Assembly (NCBI RefSeq): GCF_006345805.1
Contig: NC_042998.1
Span: 106,454,001 to 106,518,000, forward strand
DNA: 64,000 nt
Source: Octopus sinensis
Taxonomy: Eukaryota
Direction: 5' to 3'
Within the stretch, counting starts at the first letter, position 1. Each line of letters starts with the position of its first letter. Shown piece after piece: positions 40,180 to 53,209 of the stretch. The position numbers and the translations under genes were made by a program. Under the pieces are notes generated by a model. It ran no database searches. It was not told where the DNA came from and was given only the letters and a program-made list of their open reading frames with translations.

Positions 40180-40815
40180 TTGGTTTGTCTCAGGTTCGGT
40201 CTTATTCTTGGTAGAGACTATGTGGATAGCAGGTTACTTCTTTTAACCTTAGGTATCCATAAGTTTTCAGCAGTCTTTCAAGTGCTTAGGACCATCCTTA
40301 TAATCTTTATTGTCCCTAAGAGACAAACTTTCTGTAGGAACTCTACCAAGCATTCTAATCCAATCTCCTTCAGCCATTTGTCTATATTTTTGCTTACTGT
40401 TCCCAATGCACTATTTATTATAGGCACAAACTTTACTGTTTGCATGCTCCAAATTCTTCCTATTTTAAGTTTTAGGGTATTGCATTTTTTTTTCTTCTTT
40501 CTTTACAATCCTGGAATCAAATGTGCATGATGGGTTGATAATTAAGCAACTATGTTTTTCCTTATCTATGATTGTAATATCTAGTCTATTGTTTTCTAAT
40601 TTCTTGTCCATTTGAATTGGAAAGTTCTACAAAATCTTACATTTCTCTGACTCTAGTACTCTTTCAACTTCCAGCTTCAAATCCCCATTTCTAGCACAGT
40701 TTCCAGTGTAAAACTTTTAAAACCTGGTCATGATTCCATTTCTCATATTCTTCCTGTGCCAACTTGGTACATTCTTCCACAATGTGTGCCACTGTCTTAT
40801 TCCAAGTTCCACAGG
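40180..40815 (-). mobile_element. R4/Dong-clade LINE 3' end
   Basis: Minus VPIINSALGTVSKNIDKWLKEIG...LQKVCLLGTIKIIRMVL*, ERVLESENV, ENNRLDITIIDK; (TAA)n tail at 40091-40179. Confidence 0.75.
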
Positions 40816-41057
40816 CTCTACATTTTTCTGACACATTCTCTCCATATTATTATTATTGTTGTGTCTGGGAAGAGTCATTTTCTTTTGTGCCTTATAGTGT
40901 AGCACACTCACCGGTAAAATTTCCACTTTTTTCTTATTTCTATTTTCCTAAAATTTACGTTGCGTCTTGCAACCTTTTCAATAATCTTGACTCTTATTAT
41001 TGTTGCTATTGTTATTATTATTATCATCATCATCATCATCATCATCATCATTATTAT

Positions 41058-41908
41058 ATGTTTGACTTTTGCTTTGTATTTGTAAAAGTTGACTCCAAGT
41101 CTCACACAGAAACCTCGAGACAACAAGTTAGAAGTTCGAGTGGGTGTTATGACTAGGGTGTCATATATTTGGTTTTGCACAAAGTATTGTTCTAGAGAAT
41201 GTTTAAGAAAACATAAGAAAGTTATAAGTTTGTTTTAAAATTTGAGATTACATAGATAGTATTTTATGTAGGATATGGGCAGTTCCCATGAGCACTATTT
41301 TTTAAATTTCTTCCATTTTGGGATTTCCTGGTATCTGAGCTAGGTAGCAATCAGCCCCTTTTGCTATCATTCCCAATGCGCCTATGACAACAGGTATTGT
41401 TCTAGTCTTGAGGTTCTACATTTTGCCAGTTTCTATTTCAAAGTCTTTATACTTACTCAGTTTTTGGTAGGTCTTGCCAGATACATTTATGTTAATTGGG
41501 ACAGGAAGAGTTATGATTTTTGTCTGAAATCGATGAGTACATATGATTTTTGTCTGAAATCCTTCAGTATTACATCTGGCCTAATTGCATCTGTCTTTCT
41601 GCCAGTTTGAACAGTAAAGTTCCAGAGGAGTGAGATGTGATCATTTTCAAGCATTGAGATGGTTTGTGTTCCCACCAGTTTTTATCATGGGGCATGTCCA
41701 GGTTTTTGCAAATTACCCAATGAATATACTGCTCTGCTCTATCATGTCTGTTGAGATACATTGTAGGCACAAGAAGACTGCACATAGAAACAACATGATC
41801 AATGGTTTCATTTTGTTGGGCTACTGCTGTTCTTTAATATGTTGACCTGGTAGGTAGGCATTGATCTTGGACTGCTATGATAAACCCTTCTGTCTCTGAT
41901 TTTAAGCC
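41058..41908 (-). mobile_element. Second R4/Dong-clade LINE 3' fragment
   Basis: GLKSETEGFIIAVQDQCL, ETIDHVVSMC, YLNRHD, IHWVIC, WWEHKP and RPDVI (RLE domain); TAA/TGA repeats on both sides. Confidence 0.85.
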
Positions 41909-41917
41909 ATTATTATT

Positions 41918-41988
<71 letters not shown>

Positions 41989-43724
41989 TACTATTATTAT
42001 TATTATCATCATCATTATTATTATTATTATCATTATTATTATTATTGTAAATAAAGAATAAATTTGAAAACATTTTTACGGCTTGAGATTCAAAATCTGA
42101 ATCAATATTTGGCAACCATTTCTACAATCTAGAATAAGTTTGTGGATTTCTGTATAATTCATTATAGGATGAAGTGAACTCAACGATTTTCTAATTTTGT
42201 TATTCAATTATCAAAAGTTATTAGACATCAAATGTGAATCTTCTGATTATAAAGGCTCCACATGTTGATTCATTATGATCCAACATAATGGGTAGTAAAA
42301 AAGCAAAGAAGTTTTAGAATGACTTTCACAAAAGAAATGAAGATAAGTAGTTTCGTGGTGACATGGCTTGTAGCAAGCAAGTAATCTGTAGTGGAATCCT
42401 TCTCAACTCAGTAGCATTGAAAATATAAAATTTTCGCAGGTATTCAGTGTTGAATAAGTAGTGTACTATATGAGATCTCAAGTAGACTTTGATCAAAGTA
42501 ATGCTTTAAGTGTTTGTGTTTCTACATGCTTGAACAACTGAAAATGTGATTAAACCCAAGTCTGTAGGTATTGCACTCCTGACATTATCACTATAAATAG
42601 CTGGTAAATCTTGTAACAGCATATTTTTAATATTTCTGGTGATATGGATTTCATTTTGATTCTTAAAGAAACTCTATAAAAAGGTAAAGCTTTAAAATAT
42701 CGAATAATACACAAGGGACTAACATCCTACAATTCTAGTATTTGTCAGTGTTTAAAAGGTTCATCAGTCATAATAAAGTAAGCTTGGTCAGTGTATGAAG
42801 AAAATAGTGTATAGAAATTTAATACAGTATTATATAATAGAAACTCTGTAGTACTAAGAAATGCACAGTAATTATGAAGACATTTCACCTATACTTAAAC
42901 AGCTCCAATTCATCAAGTGCACTGACACAGAAGACATAGAATGCAATATCTACTGTTTATTGTAAAGGATACCTACTACTTGAAGATACGTTGAAGCAGT
43001 TGTTGTGTTCACTCAAGTAAAAACATCATCACTAAAGGATACAATGACAACTTGATATTTAAAGGGAAAATTTACTTTGCTTTAAATTTTGTTGAATAGT
43101 TCCTCTTTCTAAGGACATAATATAAGGCTATTATTGTATATGCATGTTGTCTTTTATTTATATTATTTTGTTTATTTTTTTATATATTTTGTTAGATCAG
43201 CTGTTTTTAGTGCTACTGTGAGTTGAATGTTTATTTAAATGTTGGAATCTTTTAAAGTGATACAAAGTAATTCATACAAAATGTTTGATTATCTTTTCTT
43301 CTTCTACCCCTCAATTGCAAACAGGGAGACATATTTTGCATTAGACTGTATAATTTAAGAGTAGAAGTAACAGTAACAGAAAGAAATTGCAATAAATAAA
43401 TAGATAGAACACTAAGTGGACATACATCATAACTGTCTCTTTTGTTTTATGTCCATTTTCCCATGTCCTCTTGGAGTAGATGAATATATTATTGAGAAAT
43501 TGTTTTACAGCTAGATGCCCTTCCTGTCATTAAGACATACAATAATACAAGTTCCTGATTTTTTGAGTCAAACACAGGACAATCTCTCACTACAGTCAAA
43601 GTCTTTGTTTTAACCAATGAGTTAAATATAACTTGACTTTTAAGCTAGAATAATATTTTTTGTTGCTTCCCTATTATATTTCCATCATTGTTAGTTGTTT
43701 TGTTTTTTATTTGTCATCATGCTA

Positions 43725-44145
43725 AATCATCATCATCATCATCATTTTAACTTCTACTTTTCCATGCTTGCAGGAATTGAATGGAGTTTATAGAGACAGA
43801 TTTTCTACAAGTCACCAACCCTAACCATTTTCCAAACAAGGTATTATTTCCCCATGGCCAGACATGTTTTCACAGAATATTGGAAATGAATGACATTCAT
43901 TTACAATAATCACACAATGTCAAAACAAGGAGGCACAAACATACATACTCACACCCACACATGTACACACACACACATAATGGGTTCCTTTCAGTTTCCA
44001 TCAACCAAATCCAGTCACAAGCTTTTGGTCAGCCCAGGGCTATAGTAGGGGACACTTGCTCAAGGTGCCACTTGGTCAAACTGAACCTGAAACTACAGGG
44101 TTGATTAGCAAACTTCTTAATCACACAGCCATTCTTGTGCCTTTA
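43725..44145 (-). mobile_element. Composite SINE: family A head joined to an RTE-type (ATG)n tail
   Basis: 43980-44140 matches the family A 5' half; 43725-43930 matches the tail family at 17820-17976 and 23690-23960. Confidence 0.6.
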
Positions 44146-45624
44146 CAGACGCCAATAATACAAATATTCTGGACATTAATCTTTTGTTAAGCTGAACTCT
44201 ACAAAAGAAAAAATAACACAAGTGCAACAGCAATAACAACAATATCAATAAACTAGAAAGCCTCTTTGTGGTCATTATTAGAAATAGCATCCACATTTAC
44301 CTCAAATCATCTCATACCATCTTAAAAATGATTATCTGAGAGACTACATTGGATAATATAATCTTAGATATATGATTCCTCAAAGGAAGAAAAGACAGCA
44401 TGACTATAACTGAAATGCTTTGGATAATAGTTCTACTCAATTAGAGCTGACCACGGTCTAACAACAACAAGTGTGACAAAAAATGCAAAGACTATTTAAT
44501 GCACAACATTGTCAACTGGATTTCACATTTACTTTTAGAAGAGAATAGTGATTCTGACTTCCTGTCAGAACCAAATTCCCACAATAGTATCCAATAGTCA
44601 CTTGTCAGTTTATTGGTTAACACTGGGAAGGATATCCAGCAAACGCTTGCTCCTAGTTTATAATAAACAATTCAGTTTCAGAATGATCTACTCCACCCTG
44701 TACCAGTATGAAATATTAAATTTGTATTCCCATGAAACATAAATTAGTCTTGAAAATAGTAGGGCTATCATAAAACTTGAAAAGATGTATTTATAAAATG
44801 ACATTGTACCCAAGGATTGTGAAAATTTTCTTTGAGTAAGATGGAGGTAAGAATGGTCTGTAGGCTTTGACCATTCTGGAACCACTTTCTAGCTTTTATT
44901 GGTTGCACTTTTAGATTTGACAAAAATAAAGATTTAAAACATTGAAACAAGGCTAAAAACATTTTGGGTGGGAAAAGTTGGTAAAATTTATTCCAGTACT
45001 TATTTTTAGTGAATAAAAAGTTAAGTTATTTTCAACAAGAAACGATCTATGTATGCAAAAATAGATACACTAAATACAACAAGGTATGTTATCCAGTTCC
45101 ATTTCTATCATTCACATCCCATGAAAATAGGAAACTGATAAACTGATAATGTAAATACAAGTAACATTTTCAGAAGTAGATACTGAAATATTGTCCTATA
45201 TATGAGACAATTGATCTGTTGGCTAACCATTGGCTATCTCCCAGTTATAAATGTACTCGATTAGAACACACAGTAGCTAAGGTGGTGGCAATAGAGGATT
45301 GCTATCATTTAACAATGAGGATTCAATTGTTTGATAAGCTGAATTATTTACCAGCTCCTGAATTAATGTATAACTTACTTATATAAGTGTTAGGTTAGGG
45401 TTTTTGTACTTTTCTGAATTACTGGTACAATAGGCTTCAATAGGCTTCCATCTACTCCATTTTACTTATAAGATAATGGTCAACTCCAGGTTATAAAAAA
45501 ACAAAAATATTTACCTATGATGGCTTGTAGTTGGATTTGAACATGAGACCTGATAGTTGCAAAGCAAACTTGTGAGCTAAAATGTGGGTTCAGTATGGTT
45601 GAATGGTTGTAATGTAGAATATAT

Positions 45625-45842
45625 TGGTTTCAAATTTTGGCACTAGGCCAGCAATTTCAGGGAGGGCAGGATAGTCGATTACATCAACCACAGTGCTCAA
45701 CTGGTACTTATTTCATCAACCCCAAAAGGATGAAAGGTAAAAATCAAACTTAGCCTAATTTGAACACAGAACATAAAAACAGGTGAGATGCCACTAAGCA
45801 TTTCGCCCAGAGTGCTAATGATTCTACTAGCTCACTGCCTTA
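45625..45842 (-). mobile_element. SINE family C
   Basis: Reverse complement of the 6374-6592 family. Confidence 0.8.
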
Positions 45843-48464
45843 ATTTAGAAGAAAATATAGGTACACTATAAGGATATAGAGAATGTCAATCTTAACCTGT
45901 ATAAGGCTTGATAATATCAGAACTAAGTTTTGTAGAATGGTGTGGATAGATACATGTTTTTGTCCATGATGTTTACTTAGAAAAAGATTCGAAGAAATCT
46001 ATAGGTGAACACTGGGTTAAATAAAATGGTTAGTTAAGAAGTTAAGATAGTAATCTATTTACCCTTTAATAAAAAGAGAAATGCTGAACTAATAAAAATA
46101 TATATCATAGAAGATAGTAAATGAACTAGTTTTTGAAACTAAGATCAAGACCTTGGAGTCTTTACATCAATGTTTTTATTGATCTCAAGATATGAATGAC
46201 TTTCAGTCTGTGTCTGAACTTCCATTAACTATTGACCTCAATAGCAAGTTGTGGTGACTATACAATATTTTTCTGAATGCTGTTTTGAAATCATTATTCT
46301 CTGATGCGATATGAATGAAGTTTTGATTATTTGTTTGTTGATATTTGTTTTTGTTTTTTTGTTGTTGTTACTTTTCTTTTAGTTTTCTTTGCTTTCCTTT
46401 TACATATATTTTTCAATGTCAACATCAATTGGATGGTTTTTACACAGGCCAAAATTGATATAAGTTATTAGAGAAATTTCTTTTATCCCTGCATTCCTTT
46501 TCCTTTTTCTAATACTAACCACCAAATGAAAGCTAGAATGGAACTTATTTTTTGTTTGGTTCACTAAGTCAATTAGTGTTACACTTTGTGAATAGTTATC
46601 GTATAATACCTTTGAAGGAAGGATTTCAGCCGAAGATCTCAATAAGAAGTAGTAAAATAATAAATATTGCCAAAGTAACTAACACCTTTTAACTAGGAAG
46701 TTGCAAAGTTACCACTATTAATCAAGTTGCTAATTAACAACTAGTTAACTAACTGAACTCATTAAAGAATAAATAAATTGATGAAGATGAAACCCCATTG
46801 CAGTCTCTAAACTGCAGATTGAATCATATATAGCTGTTAAATGAAACTACTAATATCTGGTCTCAAAAGAAGACCAGGCCAGCCATAAAGGTGCAATGAG
46901 TTTCTATGAATCCAATAAACTTGAGGTTAATGTCTATTAATGTCTGAAAATTTTGACATTTTCTCTTCCTTAAATTTATAGGCTGAAGAATGAGAAATTC
47001 AATTAATGGTGCAGCATTTTATTTTAACTCTGAACTAATTTGCTTGTCTTCACCATCTTTCCTAATGATTATCTTCAAATCAGTTTAATTGGATTGTCAG
47101 AGAAAAGGAAGTGTAAGTTAAAAGAAAGTTTAGAATTCTGGTGAATTTTGTCAAATTCAAACTTACAACTGATCAATAAGTGTACTTCTACTATTATCCT
47201 TTAGGAACTTATTCAAGAAATATATAAGGAGCTTATTTCAGGACTATATAATTCTGAAGCTAAAGTAGTTTCAACTTTCAGCCTTAAACGTCAAATCTCC
47301 AGCTGGAAAAACAAATAATAACTAGAATAAACTAATGATTGTTCTTGTGGTGAGAGAGGTAATGATGTTATGAAGATTATGAGTTTTATTATTTTGTATG
47401 CCAAGGGGAAAAATACTGATGTTTCGATATTGACCTTTCATCTGAAAGATAGAAATATGTTTTTGGACTAAGTCTCTGTGTGTTTGTCAGTCTATCTTTC
47501 TATCAATCTATCTATCTATTAATCTATCTATTTATTTATCTATCTATCCAACCGTCTGTCTGTCTATTTATCTGTTTATTTATCTATCTATCTGTCTGTC
47601 TGTTTGTCACTAACTACCTATCTATCTATTTCAATTTTGAAACATCAAGATTCTCTTTTCCTTAAGGCATACAAACTTATTTGAATTCTTGAACTTTACA
47701 AGAAAAATAGGATTGCTATTTATTGTTATGACCTTCTTGAACCAATAGAATAGAAGAAGCCTAAGTAATAAAGGATAAGATTAGAATTATTTGATAACAT
47801 AATTCTGAAGCTTAGTCACACTACTGACATATTTATATTTCAATTTATTCATAAACAGTAACTCTGCCAGGGGAAATGAAAATAATCAAAAATGGTCTAA
47901 ATTAGTATTTTTAAGGGAAAAAAAGACTCAGAAGAAAGATGTAAACATCTTGGCTATCTTTGCAATGCACTACATAGTGAACAATATGAATTTGTAAACC
48001 ATGAATCTAGTCCAGGTATAGGAACCATTTTCGAGAAACAAGCCTCCTGAGACCTGGCTCAACATCAAGTGAGCCACACAACTAAAAATACTTCAAGGTA
48101 ATATTTTGTTAGTGTGCCATTCAGAAAGTTCCATGGGCTTCAGATTGCTCATGACAGGTCTAGTCTGCAAGAATTGTACTATTTAAATCTATTGCGATAT
48201 ATTTTTTCGCTGACTTCGTTAAAACAATTTGGTCTCTTAAGAGTTTGTTATTTTGTTTATCACTGTGAAATTGTTTCTCTTTTTTTTATTAGACGATTGT
48301 GGAGGGGTGTGTATGTGTGCTTGTGGGTGTGTGTGTGCTTGTAGATGCGTGGGGGTTTGTAGGTGTGTGTGCTTGTGGTAGGTGTCTGTGTGTGCTTTTT
48401 CCAGTGTGTGTGTGTGTGTTTTTTGGCTACCTGTGCCAAACTGAACCCATAAGATCAAGTGTAG

Positions 48465-49406
48465 ACCGAAGTGAAGCATGTGGGATGCAGAGTGCCATCA
48501 GGCACTCGTGCTTCTCTCCCAGTCGGGCAACACCGGTGGCAGGGGTACAACCTCATTCTTTTATAGAGGGTTAGTAGAGTTTAAGTGTAATGACGTCCTG
48601 GGAGAAACCCTAGGCTTTGATGAAGATCAACTGGCCAACCTGTTCCAAAGAGCATTTGGGCCAGGGTCTATGGATAATTACCAGATGTCCCTGGCCTGGC
48701 AATGTTACAGAGGAGCTTTACCAGTTCAAGATAAGCTCTTTAGAGATGGGTGTGCACCTTCGCCAGTTTGTGCAAGATGTGAGAGGGACAGTGAAACTGT
48801 CCTGCAGGCGATTGTGCAATGCCCCAAGGTGACTGAGCTCTGAGCTTATGTCAAACACCAGCTGTTGCATTCAAGAAGAGTACAACTGTCAAGCGAATCT
48901 GTAATTAAGATCATTCCGCCGACCTCCCTGAATAAGGAGGAGCAAGCCTGTTATCTCTCAATGGTTGCTGTTGTGAAAGAGGTAGTATGGAAGATGAGAG
49001 TGAAAGTAATTGCAACAGGCATGTTCATCTCCAGTCTTGAGCTAATCAACTTTTTCTTTTTCCACATGAAATGGAGTATAAGGCTGGGGAAGAAATGCCT
49101 GTTGCAAAGTGTGTTTCGTAAAAGATGGAAGTCTATAACAAGTATGTTGCAAGTGAAAGAACCTGTTTAAACGAGAATATAAAAAGGAGAAAGCAAAGTC
49201 TTCAGTGTGAGTATGTGGTTTGTGGGGTCGACTGCATCCTCCGCTTCATTTTTTGTAAATCACTCATTCTCATTTAATTGTATATATTTTAATTGTTTGC
49301 TTATTCATACTCGATACCCTGACCCCAATGTTTGTTTTGTCTGTCCTCATATTGTCTCCTCTTTTTCTCAACCTCATGGTTAATAAAGAAATTGACTGGT
49401 CTAGTC
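48465..49406 (+). mobile_element. Tx1/L1-group LINE 3' fragment
   Basis: SLAWQCYRGALPV..CARC...ETVLQAIVQC (zf-RVT-like), KEVVWKMR, FRKRW; T-rich UTR and aataaa at 49382. Confidence 0.8.
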
Positions 49407-49559
49407 TATTATCTATTCTGATGCTACACTACTTTAAGAAATAATATCCCTGAAATTGGTTTTTGCTACTAAATTATGTATAACTGATATAAACTAAATG
49501 GTACAAAACTAATGTAATTCTGATTATTTATTTTTTTATTTGATTGGCCTGGAGCAAAG

Positions 49560-50080
49560 GGCTCTGCCCATTTTCTTTAAATGCCATCCGTATTGTTTAC
49601 ATGTCTCTTGGATGGCCATTATATGTCATCCAATAAAGATCCAGAAAAGACCAATGCAGTGATGGAATTCAAAAAAAGGTGATGCTCCAGGAAAGAAGGA
49701 TTGGCCATGAAGCTTTGTACTGAGCTTGGGGTGTAACTGATAAGATGAGGGGGGGGATACCTGTCAATTCTGAAGAGTAGAGTCCAAAATAGTGAAAGTA
49801 AAGAAGAGTAATTGAAGAAACAGCATGTCAGTGGACCAAGGCTGAATCATGTTAATATGCAACTTCATGTCAATGAGTAAAGTGGATGCAGCCTAGAATA
49901 ACCCAAATGTTGCAGCAGTACTCCATTGCATATCTTATGTGAGCTATGTAGAGAGTCAGTAGTTGTTAGTGTATGAAGTATTTTCTGCCTTCGAAAAAGA
50001 AAACAACAAAACTTTGTAATGCAGTTTTGGTTATAACTGAGGATGCATGTTCACCAGGAGAGATCTTCTATGATGGTGTG
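49560..50080 (-). mobile_element. CR1/Jockey-group LINE RT C-terminal fragment
   Basis: Minus RKYF..QLLTLYIAHIRYAMEYCCNIW. Confidence 0.6.
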
Positions 50081-50861
50081 GCTTAGCTCTTGTAGCAACC
50101 TTTGGAATTCTAGCTATCTGCTGTTCATGATAAATTCTTTACCCCAACAAATTCCATTTGACCTATGCAAGCGTAGAAAAGTGAGTATTATCATAATGAT
50201 GATGATGGTGATGTTTTAATAAACTAATTTTTTGGTTTGAGTTAAGTGTATGTGATATATATAATAGAGTTGAGTCTCATGTAGTTAAATCTTATTAAAT
50301 GTGCTGTAAGGGTAAATGTTACCTTTATACTTATTTAGACATAACTACTTCATATTAATTTACATATGATAAATCTAAACAGAAAAATTTACATACAGAA
50401 ACATAAATATGTGCAAGTGTGTGTATGTGCATGCATGTGTGTGTATGTTAGTGTATTTGTGTGAGTGTATGTGTGTATATAAGCGTATATGCAATAAGAT
50501 AAAATGTAATAAAATGATGAGTCACCTATAACAAGACAAATATGCAACTGCCTTTCTTCGTATGTGAATATAAATTTACGTTAAATGCTGTGAGACAAAA
50601 TGATATATTTCAGTGCAGTTATTTTAATTAAAAATTTGACCTAGGGTCCAGCTGTTTAGATTGTAAATTGTGTAGGTTCTTGCATTTACAGGGATATAAT
50701 ATTTACAGGGATATAATAGATAGCATTTGGATTATGACTTCATTTAAAAAGTATATTTACCTGGATATTAATAATGTAATTTAAAATAACTTCTTAGTGA
50801 GCTTCACCATTAGAATATGTAACTAAAAGGAGCTATGAATGTGTGTGTGCATATGTGTATG

Positions 50862-50901
<40 letters not shown>

Positions 50902-50956
50902 AGGTGAATGAATTATCCTGTTTACCGAATTTTATATATATATATATTATATTATA

Positions 50957-50988
<32 letters not shown>

Positions 50989-51679
50989 GATATATATATT
51001 ATATATATATATTATATATTATATATATATATATCATATATATATATATATACACATACATACATATATACATATAAATGTGTGTGTACATTTATACATA
51101 TGTGTATGTATAGATATAGGAAAGTAGATAAACACATATGTGTATGTATAGATATAGATAAGGTATGTATAGATATAGATTAGGCTTGAGACACAAAATA
51201 CAGATTATAAAATAAAGAAAAATATTTTGTAAGTTCCATTTCAACAGCTGTTTCAAGATACCCATAACTTATTTAATAACCTTATTCATAAGTTGTATGT
51301 GCCTGACGTCATAGGTGTGTGGCCAACAAAAGTTCAGCTGAAATTGTTAGTCCTTACTTTTCAAGGACAGAATCACAAATGCAAGCAAATTATAGACAGA
51401 TAGAGATAGATGTATCTTTTATTTTTCATCTTTTACTTGCTTCAGTCATTTGACTGTGGCCATGCTGGGGCACTGCCTTGAAGGACTTTTTAGTTGAATA
51501 AATCGACTTCTGACCTTTTTTTAAAGCCTGGTACTTATTTTTATTGATTTCTTTTGCCAAACCACTCAGTTACAGGGATGTAAACATACCAACACTGGTT
51601 ATCAAGCAGTGGGGAGGGGGAACAAACTCACACACACACACACACATTTATGTATATATATATATATATATATATATAA

Positions 51680-52030
51680 CTCTACTCCATTGAGTGCACC
51701 TATGAGGTTCCCCTCCAGGGTACAAGTCTAGGTGGAAAATCGCCTCACCGGTGAACACATAACCTAGGGTTGTTTTTATGGAAGACCAGCAGTCGCCCAT
51801 GCATACCAGCCTCCCCTCTCCATGCCACTGACATTATCCAAGGGAAAAGCAAAGGCCAATACAGCTTGGCACCAGTAACGTCGCAACTCATTTCTACAGC
51901 TGAGTGAACTGGAGCAACATGAAATAAAGTGTCTTGCACAGGAACACCACACGCAGCCCGGTCTGGAAATTGAACTCACAACCTCATGATCGTAAGCTCA
52001 ACTCTCTAACCACTGAGCCAATTGCTTTCA
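51680..52030 (-). mobile_element. SINE family B-related (copy 1 of the duplication)
   Basis: Minus tggctcagtggttagag...gagttcaattt head. Confidence 0.8.
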
Positions 52031-52035
52031 TATAT

Positions 52036-52094
<59 letters not shown>

Positions 52095-52804
52095 TATATA
52101 TATATATATATATATATATGATATATATATTATATATATATATTATATATTATATATATATATATCATATATATATATATATACACATACATACATATAT
52201 ACATATAAATGTGTGTGTACATTTATACATATGTGTATGTATAGATATAGGAAAGTAGATAAACACATATGTGTATGTATAGATATAGATAAGGTAGATA
52301 AACACACTTAGGCTTGAGACACAAAATACAGATTATAAAATAAAGAAAAATATTTTGTAAGTTCCATTTCAACAGCTGTTTCAAGATACCCATAACTTAT
52401 TTAATAACCTTATTCATAAGTTGTATGTGCCTGACGTCATAGGTGTGTGGCCAACAAAAGTTCAGCTGAAATTGTTAGTCCTTACTTTTCAAGGACAGAA
52501 TCACAAATGCAAGCAAATTATAGACAGATAGAGATAGATGTATCTTTTATTTTTCATCTTTTACTTGCTTCAGTCATTTGACTGTGGCCATGCTGGGGCA
52601 CTGCCTTGAAGGACTTTTTAGTTGAATAAATCGACTTCTGACCTTTTTTTAAAGCCTGGTACTTATTTTTATTGATTTCTTTTGCCAAACCACTCAGTTA
52701 CAGGGATGTAAACATACCAACACTGGTTATCAAGCAGTGGGGAGGGGGAACAAACTCACACACACACACACACATTTATGTATATATATATATATATATA
52801 TAAC

Positions 52805-53150
52805 TCTACTCCATTGGCTGCACCTATGAGGTTCCCCTCCAGGGTACAAGTCTAGGTGGAAAATCGCCTCACCGGTGAACACATAACCTAGGGTTGTTTT
52901 TATGGAAGACCAGCAGTCGCCCATGCATACCAGCCTCCCCTCTCCATGCCACTGACATTATCCAAGGGAAAAGCAAAGGCCAATACAGCTTGGCACCAGT
53001 AACGTCGCAACTCATTTCTACAGCTGAGTGAACTGGAGCAACATGAAATAAAGTGTCTTGCACAGGAACACCACACGCAGCCCGGTCTGGAATTGAACTC
53101 ACAACCTCATGATCGTAAGCTCAACTCTCTAACCACTGAGCCAATTGCTT
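52805..53150 (-). mobile_element. SINE family B-related (copy 2 of the duplication)
   Basis: Near-identical to 51680-52030. Confidence 0.8.
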
Positions 53151-53158
53151 TCATATAT

Positions 53159-53205
<47 letters not shown>

Positions 53206-53209
53206 TATA

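Larger units (their letters stand above)
50934..53162 (+). repeat. ~1.13-kb tandem duplication (two near-identical copies)
   Basis: taggcttgagacac at 51181 and 52309 (offset 1128); copies differ mainly in microsatellite length and a few bases. Confidence 0.95.

Noticed and set aside
42060-42660. Possible hAT transposase C-terminal remnant (RRYSVLNK..YYMRSQ)
   Set aside because: Only a weak, frameshifted motif resemblance.
46400-46700. 80-aa minus-strand ORF as a host exon
   Set aside because: No recognisable motif, non-ATG start and an in-frame stop shortly upstream.
47415-47446. Hammerhead-like motif on the minus strand (cagatga...gaaaca tc)
   Set aside because: Core mutated and helices I and II do not pair convincingly.
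51236-51345. gaaacagctgtt half-hammerhead on the minus strand (also duplicated near 52370)
   Set aside because: No CUGANGA partner or helix II identifiable.
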